Below are positions 38,401-53,199 of a stretch of 64,000 nt of DNA, piece after piece (the first letter of the stretch is position 1; each line of letters begins with the position of its first letter). This DNA is from Octopus sinensis (Eukaryota): the NCBI RefSeq assembly GCF_006345805.1, contig NC_042999.1, forward strand, positions 140,988,001-141,052,000, read 5' to 3'. The notes under the pieces are model-generated. The model saw nothing but the letters and a program-made list of their open reading frames with translations, did not search any database and was not told the origin of the DNA. Both the position numbers and the translations under genes were made by a program.

Positions 38401-40906
38401 TTATCCAACACTCTTTTTTTAACAGAACAGGTATTTTGAGTGAGATCTAGCTACTGTTACTGGCAGTTCAAGGGACTATATAGCAATTAGTTTGGCAATG
38501 AGGATGAGATCTGTAAGAAACCTTTGTAATTAGTCAAAATTTGAAAGTTATATCTTAGTATCTGATGATTTACTATTTAGTATAATGCTTTGTTATTTGG
38601 CTTCTATTTCAGTGAAACACAATTGAATTTCTTCTCATTTGCTAAGAGTTGTTCGTACTTATGTACATACATACATACACACATGCATGCATGCATGTGT
38701 GTTTGTGGACACTGTGTTATTCTCTAAAATAAATTTAACAATTGCTGAATATAGTTAATATATGCATCTTAAATGGATTGCCTTACTTTTTCCTATGTTA
38801 GCAGCCAGCCTTGTTTCAAAACAAGAAATTATTAGAGGTGGCTACAAATAGAAATTTAACTGAAAATTAATAAAGTAATGTTATAAAACCTTTTTTTCTA
38901 CTTTTTAAATAATTATTTTATTATTCTCTTTCTGCTTTAAATTAATGTTAGAAGTTAAAAGCTAATTTGTAAGCTCAAAAATTTGTTTCATCTGTATGGG
39001 AAAGTATGGTGTGAAACAGAAAGTGGTTGGTAACTGAGGTGGTATACTGCTTATCAATAATAAAATTAAAAGTTTTATTTTCGTATCCTTTTAACCACTC
39101 CTTCCCAGCATCAGTTACCTATGTCATGGAGACAGTCTCATGCCTAGTTAATATAGAGTTCCACTGTAACAGCTTTCTTGCTAGCATGGAAAACAATAGA
39201 TGTAAAATGACTATGATAATGATAATATGCAGTGTGTAGGGTAAGCAATTAGAAATATGGGTGAGAAGGAATAATAGTATCTTAGGACACTTTTTCAGTT
39301 GATAGTTTGTTCTTCAACTCAAAGTCATCCCCAAATGAGCAGGCTTATGATCAAAGGTCTCCAACCATATTTTCTAATGACTCTTTTATTATTGTAACGT
39401 GATATTTGAAGAAGATTTGACTACTCTTTCTAGCAGCCATATAAGGTCTACTGTTAGCTTGTCTCTTGATCAATTACACTGTTTTTGTTGCTATATTTGT
39501 AATGATGTGAGAAATCATTATCTTTGATGTTGACAACAAAAAAAAACCTATCAGTTTCCAAACTATAGATAAAAGATAACTGAATCTTAGTCTTCTTCAT
39601 ATATTCACTTTTTCTTATTTGCAAAATAAAATATATGATTATACAATATTTAGTATATAAATGAATAATATGCAAATAATCAGACATAGAGTATTCTTCT
39701 CAATGAGCCAAATATGATTTTGTTTCAATTTCCCTAACTATAACCAGGGAAACTCTATATCAGAAGTAGGTATGTGCCATGCGTAAATACTCAAGATAGG
39801 TAGTAAGCATTACTCAAATAAATTGTCAGGCTAAAAGGCATTGTCAGCATGAGACAGTATGTAAAAATATTTCAGCACCAAAAAATATTTACTTATATGC
39901 ACACATACAAACATATGTATTTATGCACATGCACATATAGGAATAAAGAATGTTGAATGTGTTGTAAGTACATGAACAAACTATTGTATAACATGGTTGA
40001 TGTAATTTATTTGCATTAACACACAAGATCAAGAGAGCCCTTTAGTTTTGTCAAGAACATGACAACCTTCCTAGTGTTTGCATTATGCTAAAATGTACTC
40101 AGTATGCTCAGTAAAATGGTTATTGTTTGGAAGGGCATCTGTCCAACTATAGTTGAGGTATAAAGGAAATAAAAGAAGTTGCAATGCACAAGAAAATTGT
40201 GTCTATTTAACATCATAACATTAGTAATAAATTAGCATATTTTTTATGAATTAAAAATTTTTTTTTTTTTTACATTAAACAATATTTATAGTTATAATTT
40301 GGGCTGCTGCAGTCTACTTTGCATGAAGTCATGTCATGTGTTTCGGTATTTCCATTAATACTTCAATCTGCAATGATGGGAAAAGGTAACAGAGTTTGTG
40401 GCACTGTTAGTTGAAATAGTAGGATATTCTCTACAGGAGAAGATTTACATTTTATCAGAATAATGTCATGAAATCAGAGAAAAGCATCTGCCCTTAAATT
40501 CTTCTTGGAAAATAGGACACATTAAAATTTTACACAATGTCCTTGAGGAAAACCATGACTATCATTCAGTGTCAGCATCCTTCTTCTTATGCCTATATAT
40601 ATAATTATAGATCAATAATAATTGTAATAATGTAATCTTTCTATATCATAGCACACCACCCTCCACTTTATTTTTAAAGATTTTTCTCTTTACTTGCATT
40701 GATTTGTTTTTTTTCGCATGAAAGAAAAACAATCTACCATCACATGGACTTAGAATTAAGGTAACAGAAGAATCTTTTGTAAAATGATGATAACTTCAGT
40801 ACTCACAGCTAATGTTACTGCTGCACTGGTGAACAACAGTAACAACATATATAATATTACATATGTATTATATATAAAATTATATATGTATGTGTGTGTG
40901 TGTGCT

Positions 40907-40937
<31 letters not shown>

Positions 40938-42034
40938 TTATGTATGTATGTATATACATGTTTGTATGCATGTAGGCCTATATATGCACACATACAAATA
41001 TACATTCAGCTAAGTCTATAAACTCCATGATATGCATTGATTACACTTTTTTCTTTTATAAACACCTCTGAGATGTGTGTGTGTATGCACACACTGAAGA
41101 AAAGGGAAGATCATATTTGTCTATCTGTATGCATATGTATACACACACATAGATATAAATAGATTGAAAGATAGATTATTTCTTTGGTTAGATTATCTTT
41201 CTATTGCGTCATCTTACATTTTTTCCTCTCCTCTTTGAACCAGAGCAGCACTCTTTCATCTTTCGTCTGACATATTAAATTCTCAGCTATGGTCTTCATC
41301 TTTCTATATAAACATAACAGATTCCACTGCTTCTTCCTTCCCCTCTCTCTGCTCTTGCCTTCCCCTTCCCCTATCTTCTTTCTACCTTTCTCTAATTTGA
41401 CAAAAATATAGTGGTTTAAATCTATTTTATTTAAATGCTGATCTAGTGTATATTTTATTGCTTTCTTTTTCTAAGAATTTGATAATGGATCTAAGAGCAT
41501 GAGACTTTATGCATTATGGCATTCTAGTGTAGTTTCTTATTTTTCTGATTTCAAGATTTTGTCACGGTCAACTTGGCCTTTTGTCTTCTTTTAGGATAAA
41601 CAAATATATTCTAGTAATTTTACTAAGGAGAAAGATTTGTAACAAAATAATGACCAATTCTACATAGAAAAAGAAAGGTCTTTTGGTTACTGTGTAGAGG
41701 CAATTGAGTTGATAAGGAATCTGACTGCTAGCATATAGACTTGAAGTTTAAATCCACCATAGGCATTGCATAAGACATTCTCTTCTGCATGCTTCAATTT
41801 TCTTTAATGTTGGAAATAGGTATCAGATATTCTGGGATAGGCAAATAAAATATCCAGTAGGAGATTTATCTCTTCTCTACTTTGAAATAGGAACTAATTC
41901 CTTGCTTTTATAAGAAACCCTTGGCTTTTTTTGGAGACATATTTTTTTTTTTTTTATTTGAGTTTAAGTTGTCAGCTTAACTATTCCCCTCCTTTTTTGT
42001 TATCTTTCTGAATTCTTTCATTTTCATTTTACTT

Positions 42035-42110
42035 TGTGTGTGTGTGTGTGTGTGCGTGCATGCGTGTATGCATGCGTACGTGCGTGCGTGCGTGTGTGCG
42101 TGCATGCACG
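42035..42110. repeat. (TG)n grading into (TGCG/TGCA)n microsatellite
   Basis: Directly visible. Confidence 0.9.
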
Positions 42111-43046
42111 CTTCCTTGCCCTGTAAAGAAGATATTAAAAAAACTCATTGGGAAATTCATTGTTAATTAGGTTTACTGAGAAATGGAGTCAAGGCTAATC
42201 TTTATTGACTTCTCTTATCTTTCATCCATTGTTAAGCAAGTTTGAGCAGAGAATGGCCAACTAGTCTTTTTTTTTTCTTCAGTAGTTTCATTGCTTTACA
42301 AAAAAATACCTTTTTTTTTCAAAAAAATTGTTGTAGTTTATGTATATAATGACACAAACAGATAGCTACTGAATAAATAATTTAAAATCTGGTTGATTTG
42401 ATTAATTTTTTTTAATATTTTGTATCAATAAAAGGATTTATTTTAGAGTTATTATGCTAATAATTTCATATATGTCCATTGTAAAGTAGGTTCATTGATA
42501 AAAAAAAATCACAAAGCATTGTGTAACAAACCATCATCATTATTGTTAAGAGACTAGCAAATTAAGCTACAATATTACTGAGAAAACCATTAAGATGCCA
42601 GAAGTTCTTTAGAAAAAATTGTATTGGCAAATCAAACCAGCAGACAATTTTTTTTTTTTTTCAAATGAAATAACATATAGGGAACTACTACTTAATTTCT
42701 TACATCATCCAGACTAGGTTGTTGGATGAACTTTAAGGAAGATCTAAAGAAAAGTTTATTTTCTCTTCAGTGTAGTTTCAATTAGACTGGATCCTAAGCA
42801 GAAAATATTGGCTATAGTTACTACTTAAGTAATGTTGTTACTGTTAATAATTTTTTTCTACTTTGTTTCATACTTTGATATTACTTCCCTCCCCATTGGC
42901 AAACTTGCTACCAGGAATAGATATTTCCTCTTAAAATACTAAATGAAAAAATGTTTCAAATAACCAATATATCCTTCAAAATCTTTCTTTTTTGTTTATT
43001 TTCTTTTCTGGTTTTCCTCCTCACCATAAATGTGTGTGTGTGTGTG

Positions 43047-43095
<49 letters not shown>

Positions 43096-43295
43096 CACAC
43101 ACACAATATATGTGTGCGTGATACTGTGATACCTCTTGCACATACTATCCCTCAAAAGTTTTAGTACAATATAAACTTGTTTCCGCTTTATTTCCATGGA
43201 TGCTCATTTTTGAAGTTAACACTTGTTTATCTTCTTGTAACCTAACACTTCCGATATAAACATCATCTCTCTGTCTCTCTCTTTAACTGTCTGTT

Positions 43296-43337
<42 letters not shown>

Positions 43338-44821
43338 CTATTAACTTAGATTTGTACAGATTTTTAATCTGTACAAGATTTCTATTGGTCTTTCTTGATG
43401 TTTCTAAGTTCTATTATGTGGCTTTTTAACAAGTCTGGTGTGTCTACTCATTTCATCTTTGCCAATGTTGATTTCACCTTCATCTTCGATCTTTCTAAGT
43501 AACAATAATGACCTGTTGTGTTCTTATTACTGCTGTTGTCATTATTGTTAAGTAGATCACAAACAATAAAGTGTTAGAAATATTACAAAACTGAGATTAA
43601 AACAGCTAAATGGATATGAGATTCATTCATTGATGCTGCCTATCAGTAACTACATGTGCTACACGCTCTGAAATCTATTAAAGAAGAAACTGAAAGTGTT
43701 AGTGTCCACATAGCCAGGAACATTGATGCGTTCCCTTTATTGAGTGAAAAGTGTTCTCCTTTTCTTTCCTAAATTGATTCCCTGTTAATCAATCACCCCC
43801 AACAACTCCTATTGACCTGCTATTGGTTATAGAAAGCTCTACTTGCTAATGGCTTTTACTATTCTCATTTACACTCAATCAAATTACTCAGTCTCCTTAA
43901 CTGAAGCAATATCTGATTGGCTCAGTTATTATTTCTCCCCCACCCATCTCTCTGTCCACATGTCTTGTTGTTTCTTTATTAAATTGGATATTCTTCTCTT
44001 TTGCCTTTGCATGCATTCATATATTTACATTGAAGATGAGATGTCCACAACTAATTTGTGCTGAATTGGCTTCTGAATAAAGTCTTTTGGATTCAATGCA
44101 AAATGTATAGAGATTGGTTAAGGATATATATATTTGTCCAATACCTACCTGTCTAAATGAGTTGACATTTAAAATAAAATTTTCCCTTTCTGCTACAAAG
44201 TCAATCTCCTATAAAGAATAGAATAAAATTTATCTCTGTTGATGTTTCCATTATAATCTCTTTCAATATGACAATAGCTACATTTTAGCAATATCTCAAT
44301 ATCAGAAGCTTTTGAAAGAAATCTGAGAGTGAATGACTAGATCCAGATATGGCTCTTGCAAATAAAGCTCTGATATTCATTGAAAGTGGCCACAAAGTGT
44401 TTCTTTTGTATTTGTAGCTTGCTGGTGTTCTCAAAAACTTTGACAAGAAATTAAGTGTTCAAATTTATTGTATGAACATGTTTAGAAATACAAGAAAATC
44501 ATGCAGTGGTTGAGAAATATATGCATATGTGTGTATGTGCATGTGCAAGTATCTGTGTATATATGCTTATTTGTACAAGTATTTTAGTGTTCATTTATTT
44601 AATTTAATGTATGTGTATATATTTGTTTCTATTTGTGTATTTATGTTTCTCGTTATGTGTTTTTCATTTGTATGTGAGCATTTGTGTGAATTTTGAATGC
44701 TACTCAAAGTATCTGTTTAGTGTATAAATCTATTTGAATTTATGTTTGTATTTGTATAGCTATATGTATGTTTCCATTTCAATATTTATTATCCATTTGT
44801 ATCATGTGTACATTTTTTATT

Positions 44822-44826
<5 letters not shown>

Positions 44827-44886
<60 letters not shown>
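44827..44886. repeat. (AT)30 microsatellite
   Basis: Directly visible. Confidence 0.95.
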
Positions 44887-44889
<3 letters not shown>

Positions 44890-45639
44890 TATGTGTGTAT
44901 ATGTGTGAATATACATATGTGTGTATATGCACTTGTATGCTCTTGTTGAAATTTAAATAATGTTAATGTGATAAAATGAGACAAAATGACATTTATTGTG
45001 GCAGATTTTGTGATATTTTTGAATATTTTGAAAGAAATTAACTTTTGCCCTTGCTAAAGTTTCCAGTGCTGAGAAGATTAATTTTTCCAATACATATATG
45101 TTTGGTGAATATATTTACTGGTGGTTTTACTTGTTTTAATTATTTTGCTTTATTTCTTCAACTTTAAAGAAAAGAATCCACTCTTTAGTCATAATGCAGG
45201 GCAAACATTGAGAAATTAAATTGATGAAAGCCATCACAATGTCACGGCTTCAAGAGAGTTCACTTGCTTCAGTTGACTGGGTTTTAAACAACTAATTGAA
45301 CAGTCGTTTTATGTCACCAGTACTGTATAGGTTTGAGGTCAGGATACTTAAACTATATGACTCAGTCCACCTTACTATAAACAGTAACTGCTGGATAGAA
45401 CCAACCTACTACTGTAAGCAGGAGTAAAAAGCATGCAGTATGAAGTCAAAAATATCTTAGAGGTGCATCTAGAAAAGAAAGAGTATCCCACCAGTCTCAT
45501 CTATCTGTTGATAAGCTTGGTCATCAGTTGGTCACTACTTCTAACCTTGAGAAGTCAAATATTTTACTAGCAGAAAATGGACTGAATTTTAAAAAAGCAG
45601 TGCTTCAGTAAACTTTCATAGTGAAATGACAATTATGAG

Positions 45640-45870
45640 TGCTTACGTTCAGAGCAAAATCAATGAGAATATTTGTATTCAAGTTAAGTTTGTGATGTGA
45701 AGTTAATTGATATATACTGCAAACACTATAGAAAAAGAATGTGAAAGGATGATGCATGTTGAGTGTAAAAAGTGAGTTATGATAAAGGGCAGTCTAAAAA
45801 AACACTTGGGATGAAGTAGTTAAGACAGACCTAGGAGTTTCACCTTGACAGATAATATGGTGTAACACAT
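45640..45870 (+). mobile_element. Degenerate RTE LINE C-terminal fragment
   Basis: aagggcagtctaaaaaaacacttgggatgaagtagttaagacagaccta resembles KGRPKKTWDEVVKTDL with frameshifts. Confidence 0.5.
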
Positions 45871-46505
45871 ATGCACGAGGATACTATGCTATGTGTCAAA
45901 CACCTGAAATCATGGAGAAGAAACAGCTGTTAAAGCAATAATGATGGGGAAGAGGAGGCAGGTGTGGTGTATTTTGAGTGAGTGAACAATCATCTACCCC
46001 AAGATAAGCTAGCTATGAAGATATATATAGATTAGTAATGATTCAAGAGAAGAAACAATTATAGAGGCAATTATAACAAAACTAAAGCTACCTATTCATG
46101 TGTTGGATGTTATTATATATGTATTGGAGATATAAGATAGAACTAATTATCTCTTTTTTTTCCTTTCTCTTTTCATGTTGTTGTTTTTCATTGGTAGAGA
46201 AGCAATAGAAAGGATGGGTTCACTCTCACTCAAATCATTTGAGTATAGTTGAGAGTATGGATGACATTTGGAGATATTACATGGGTCCTGTTTTATCATT
46301 TTATCACAAGATAAATCTGTATACCATTGCATAGTCACTTAAATTACAAATACTTTGTGGAAAAATATGAATGTCACAACTTGCATTTTCTTCTCTAAAA
46401 TTACACCCTTTATGCTTTTACAAATAAGTATTTCAAATTTTGTATGATTGCACCAAATCAGAAAGGTTCTCAGTAAAAGACTCCTGAAATGAATTATTAA
46501 ATGTA

Positions 46506-47798
46506 CAGGGTGAGGCAGAGAGGACGGATGTTTTTGAGAAATTCACAAAAGTATTAATTATAGCTGCAAACAAATTTTATTGACATCAATGTGTTTGTAT
46601 TGAATTAGCATTTGTCAAAATCAAGTGTGAAAAACAACATCCATCATGTGATGTCCGCTTTCATTGATGCATTCTTGGAAGTTGGTCTCCACTTTCTCCT
46701 ATGTCGATTTGGGCAACTTCCACATGAATAGCTTCCTTCAAATCATCCAATGTATGGGGCTTATGTGCATACATATGTACCTTGTGGTTTCCCCACAAGA
46801 AATAATCACACATGAACAAATCAGGGGACTGAGTGGGCCAAGGAGTGTCAGCAAACCTGGAAATGCGGCAGTCACCGAAGAGAAGGTGAAGAACGTCCAT
46901 TGATGCTCTGGCTGTGTGGGCCATCAGCCCATCCTGCTGAAATTACACACATCAAATAGGCATACGTTTTTGTCATAATTCAAGCACAAAGTTGTTTATC
47001 ATCTCGATGTAATGCTTAGAGTTCACAGTAACTGCATTTCCATTATTGTCTTCAAAAAAGTAAGGACCAATGATGGCAACTTTTCCAACAGCACACCAGA
47101 CTGTTACTTTTGGGCTGTGCAGTTCTCTCAGATTTTCAAGAGCCCAATAATAACAGTTCTGTTGATTGACCATGCCATTGAGATGAAAATGAGCTACATC
47201 ACTCATTAACAAAATGAGGTTGTCATTTGCCTTAAAAATTGCTTTCATCTGACATGTGAAGTTAAACCACTGTCTCATGGTTTCAATTTTTGCTCAATGA
47301 CTAATTTTTACAGGCAGAAATGTAGGTCTTCATGCAAAATATGCCATACCAATCGATTACCATTGCCAAGTTCAGTGGAATGCCTCCAAGCAAAGTGATT
47401 CAGACTCTGTATCAAAGCTTGTCTGATGCGTTCCACATTTTCCAAGGTCTGTACTGTTCGTGGTGCCCCCACCGGTGTCCTATTCATTAGTGTACCTCAT
47501 GTACAAAGTGCATTCATTCAACATCAGATTGTATTACAGGTGGGAACAGCCTGATTTCGGTGAATGTTGAAGTGGTGCCGAAACTCATGCTGAACTGCTG
47601 TTACAGACTTGTTATTCTTCACCTAACTGTCATAAGCAAATGTGATGTACTATCATCCACAATGCCATGGCTTCACCTGGAAAGAAAAGAAAATGCTAAG
47701 ACACCACAGACCAAATGGCATTTGTTGGACATATGTCTCTCCCGCTGGGGCTGAGTAATAACCATTTCAAAAACGTTTGTCCTCTTTGCCTCACCCTG
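46506..47798 (-). mobile_element. Near full-length Tc1/mariner DNA transposon, DD41D (rosa/Crmar2-like), inactive
   Basis: TA TSDs at 46504-46505 and 47799-47800; imperfect TIRs cagggtgaggcagagaggac / gtcctctttgcctcaccctg. Transposase motifs SDVAHFHLNGMVNQQNCYYW, SPKVTVWCAV...IIGPYFFED, FQQDGA...AHTA and WPTQSPDLFMCDYFLWG. After correcting a 1-nt frameshift, 41 residues separate the 2nd and 3rd Asp. Confidence 0.95.
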
Positions 47799-50700
47799 TA
47801 TTGCTCAGCATTGAAAGGAAAATACTGCAGATGTAACTAAATGGGGCTAGATGATTGTAACAGGATATTTGATGGTGCAAAAATGGTGACTGAATGCCTA
47901 TAATTAATAATATTTATATTGTTAGTTAATAAACCAAGGTGAGACATAATTGCTATTGCAGCTATTTTGATCCAAGCACATATATTTGCATGAGGTAGTT
48001 TTCGTGACTGACAATTTCCATTCATACTTTATGGATGAGAGGCTTACATTTAGATATATCAGCCTGTTTGAAAAATTACCTCAAAATAAGCAAAAAAAAA
48101 AAAAAAACCTCTCACTTATACTAGCATAGAAAAATGGATGTAAAAAACAGAAACAAAGTAAAGCAATGAATACTTGGTTCTTGAGTTATTGATATGTATC
48201 CTAAACAAAGAACAGATTATTTTCATGGGGAAGATATTTACCTAAGTTCCTATGCTTAAATAACTGCTTAATGAAGAAGTTAAAGACTGAGGTGAGCATC
48301 AATAAAATTAAATATATTTGCCATCAGATATCCTTCCTTGGAAATGACCTATGGTATTTGTAGCTAGGGAAGTTAATTAGTATATGTAAAATACATCTTG
48401 GTTTTGAATGAGTATGAGAAGCAAACTTTGTCTATTTGAGGCTCCTTGCAGTATGGTTTCCTGATTAATTGTCTATCTTAAGAGATTCCCTAAGCTGGTG
48501 AATACCAGACATGCAAAGATGCCAAAATAATGTTGAAATAATAACCATAAGACTATTCCCACGGGTAAGTTTATAAACTATTTCATGACCAAAGCTAGCA
48601 TTTAAATTTGAAATGTAATGACAACAGGAAGTTACAGCTAATGAAAATGTAATTAATATTCACTTGAGCCACATTTTCTGTTTATTATCTTAATCTTTCT
48701 CATTGAACCCTTCAGTTTAGGATTTGCAACTGACAGTTTACAAATTTGGATGGATTAAAATAACAGGACTTGAATGCTATATATTACATATGAAGCAACA
48801 TCAACATTGTCTCATGAAATAATTCTTCAGGTTGTTCAAAATGAGACGTACATATTTATATATTTTTTCCAACAAACGTATCTGTATGTTAAATCATAGA
48901 AAACTGATTATGATATTTTATGTTGATAGATTCAAAATAGTTGTTGTTGCCCAATGTGTGAGCAATACTGATGAAAAAAGTGATAGCTTATTCTTGTTAC
49001 TGATGAATACAATTTGTTATTTTATGGCCAAACGACTTTAAGTTGAATCATGCTAATAATAATTCCTCTAGCTATTAGGCACTATTGTTAGCCCAATTCT
49101 ACACTATAGATTACAGAAACACTGTAGGAACACTAATCATTTTCATATTTTCTTAGTACTGAGTGCAAATCTCTTTTAAAAGCCTTGAGTAGGTACAAAA
49201 AATATTCAAATATACCCTCCTTGCTTTCAAAGAAATCAGAAAATCAGAAGGATCAACAGGAGTTCAATCTCTGCAGGGTATCTTTTAGAACATAAGTGAT
49301 GAAGATAAGACAGAAGGTAAATAAGCTCCAAGAAAAATATGTCTTAAGTTTTGCTTTATCAACATGTCCGCCTACACTTTGTTTACTCCAACTCCCTTTA
49401 TTATTGCACACTCTATCATAGCTGCCACAGCAGTAATAATTCTGGTCCATAGTCTAGTAGACTTAAATAAGATAATTAGTGTGCATCTATACATTCTATA
49501 TTTGTTAATGTCTATTTGTAAATGTTCATGTGTAATTTAGAAAACAGGTAAATGTATCATCATAAGAGTTTGGTTGTAGTTATACATAAAACTAACTGTG
49601 TGTAGGAAAAAATAAATTTCCAGCATCTGTTAATTCTAATACTATATTTTACATATCTACTTAAAATACAGTGTTGATATTTTGCAGTATACTTAAAATA
49701 TTATGTAATAGATATTGGAATTTATTCATTTAAAGATTTGAAGGAAATAACACCTTATTGCACTTAACCCTGTCATCTGTTAATTACTTAAACAGTGAAA
49801 TAAATCATATACAGGAAGGAAGATGAGGAATCTAACATTTCAACAGAACTCTTCATCAGTGTGGAGGGTTTTACCAGAAATGGTAGGTGAAAGACAAAAC
49901 TGTTCTTAGTGGAATTTGAACTTGGAATATAGTACCAATCAAGTACTGGGGTTGATTAAATTGATTAATCCCCTCCCCTAAATACATCAGACAAAATGCC
50001 TTGTCATAGTCATACTACTGACATTCTGCTAAGGTCAACTTTTCCCTTTGTCCTTCAGGAGACAGTAAAATAAAGTACCAGTGAAGTACTGGAGTTCAAG
50101 TAACCAACTAACCCCACCCAAAAAAAATTTCAGGCTGAATATCTGACATAAATCATTGTCCATTTACTTATAAGTATCCCTTCAGTCTTGTTCTTTGCTA
50201 AACTCTTTCTTAACAACAAAACAATAACATCTAAAGTACAACTTCAGTACAACTTTGCTTCAATTTTCAAGTGTACCATAGTTAATTATTGACCATCAGA
50301 TGTTCAGATTTGATATCTGCTATGTCAGTCTGTAAGGGCTTGTGATGGTCACTGGCAGTGCTACATTGTCCCTGACTAACTTATAATTATAAAACAAAAA
50401 AAATTGTTGTGAAATCAAAGGAAGAAAATGTTTTGTTTATTTGTTTTTCTTTAAGTATTAAATTGCTGGTATTAAATTGTATTTATGATAGAAAGAAGTG
50501 TAAAAAGGATATTATGACATTTATGCCTTTCTCAAGGATATTAGCTAAGTTTACCTATTGAGAAAAAATTCTAAAGTAAAAATAATATTAAAAAGCAGAA
50601 ATAACATTATGTAGTTGTTCTGTAGTTTATCATAACTGTTTTGATGAAATGAAGCATAAAAAGAATTTAAAGTTTTTTTTTTTTTCCATTAGCTTTGCAG

Positions 50701-51315
50701 TAAATTTCTCCCCCCACACATTTATCGCTGGAGTAAAATATTTTAATTTTTCTATTTATTTATTTATAATTTTTCTATTTATTTATTTTACTTTTTTTAA
50801 CATCATGTCTGAAGAAGATGGAATATTGCCTGTAACCCATGGGAGACATTGGTAATCCGAAGTATGGATGGCAAAAGAAATATTAATGCAATTTATGTCT
50901 TGTATACTGGTTAGTGATGATTAACTAAGTTGATAGAGTACAGTAAAACCAGTCAAGGGGTATTAAGCTCATATCTTGTCATTGACATACTGTTGTGTCT
51001 GTGATCAAAACACATCATCATTAGTATAAATTCTTTAAGTAGAGTGACCTTAAGGTGTTCCATATCTCCCAACTTTCCTACTTAGATGCCCATAACAATT
51101 TCTTTTCACATTTTTGTCTGTTGTTTAGCATTGTCAATAGTTAATTTTAGTTTCTCCAGATATTTAAGGCTGTTTTGTAGTGCATTTTTGTGCCTTTTTT
51201 TGTTTTCATTTTTGTAGCCAAAAATATGTACTTTATATTGTAGCTTTGAATTATCAATTTGGTTCACATGGTCAAATAAAATATGTAGCTCTCAACAGCC
51301 AAGTTCACATAATTC

Positions 51316-51357
51316 TAAATAGGTACCTATTGTAAATAGGTACCTATTGTAAATAGG
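51316..51357. repeat. 17-bp tandem repeat (2.5 units) with a 14-bp palindrome
   Basis: taaataggtacctattg x2 plus taaatagg; AATAGGTACCTATT is self-complementary. Confidence 0.9.
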
Positions 51358-53199
51358 GGCAATATAGTTGAAAAGAAGATTGTGTTTCATGAAGTGTTGA
51401 GTTCAATAATTCCCATGATAAGTTACTTGTGATAAACTAGCATCCACTTAACTGTGAAACTGGAATTACTCACTGGTTGTGTAGACTAGTGATTAAAGAG
51501 GAGCATATTTTTTACTGAGAGGATATATGGCAGTGGTAGTCCTTCAAATGAAGTTCAGTTATTAATATTTACAACAAGGTTTGTGGAGACACATACTGTA
51601 TATTGGAAGAGACAGAAGGAAGATGGTGGCGACTTCTGATGAAGTCAAGCTGAACTCAGTATATTTTGAGCAAAGCTTCTATTATAGATATCTTTGATGA
51701 GAAAAAAAGAAAGGACACTACATAGGTTTAGAACTGGGAAATTTTCAGTAAGAAGAGGACTTGTTTATTTATTTAGAAATTCAGGAGAAAAAACAAAAAC
51801 ATATTAGAGAGATAACAATTTTGTTTTTTATTTCACAATGGAACTGTCTTACCAAAGAGTGAAACTGTTTTAGATCCAAGTTATTAGTTACAGATATAAC
51901 TCCCCAAAAAGAAGTTTGGTAAGCACTTTTCATATCCTAATTTTGTTGAAATTTTACTAATATTAAATGCATGTCTTACAGTATTTATATCTTTCTTTCT
52001 ATGTTCTTAGTCTAAATACTATCAGAATTTTCCTTCCCATTTAGAGTTGATAAAATATGTATAAGTAACATTATATTATAGAATTGCTGTAAACTGAAGG
52101 AATTTCTGCACAATTATTTGATATACTAGAAATACCAGCTAAATTATCCTCATATCACACCTCCCATCTTAAGAACCAAAACAGACTTAAAGTCAAGGTC
52201 ATTGACAGAAGAAGTATTTTCAATAGTTTGTTTCAAAATCAATGCTAACATTTGTTTTCAAGTATGGTATATTATTTAATATATATACCCAGAAATAATA
52301 AACACTTAAAACAGAAGGGAAATAGAAGTTTTAGGATAATACACAAGCAATCAACTTTGGGAACCTAGTTGAATCTGGACAGTAATAAGTGTACTCACTG
52401 GAGGTGGCAGGCATGGAAAAAAATACCTATTCTGTTGAATGACTGGTTATTTTTTATGGCTTATGGATTCTTAGATGACTATATACATGTGTGTATGTAG
52501 TTGTGTATGTGTATACACACACACACACACACTTTAAGAAAAAAATATGCATATGTATAAATATATATATGTGTGTATCCACACACGCACATACACACAT
52601 AAACATTTTTTATATTTACAAGGAGATGTTTGCCAGTTACTTCTACTATAAAGTTTTGCATGAAATGATGAGGTCTGCATAGCTGAAATTTTGAAGTAAT
52701 TGTCAACTTTTTCTTTATAAAAATCAAATAAATATGAAAGACTAGAGAAAAGTATTGAGCAATTCTTCAGTTTAATGTTTGACTTGTTTTTCTTTCGATT
52801 TAATTATGCATAAAAATAAACATTAAGATATATATGTATGTATACATGCACATGTATGTATGTATATATATATATATATATATATAAACAACCACATGTA
52901 TACACACATACATATGTATGCCATGTATATATATATATATATATACATACATACATACACATATGTGATGAGAAAGAATCATATATTGTATATTTTAATG
53001 ATGTTTTCTATGGTTTTATCAAATTAGCAATCTTTTACGTCATGATACAATTCAACCAGAACTAAAACTTATTTGTTAACACAACTTTTGTGGGCCATAA
53101 ACTGGAAGATGACCTCACATAATGTTATGCAGCCTGCACCAAATTTTAATTTTCTCATTTCTCTTTCAGATGCGTTGACAGCATCAACATGGTAGATTC

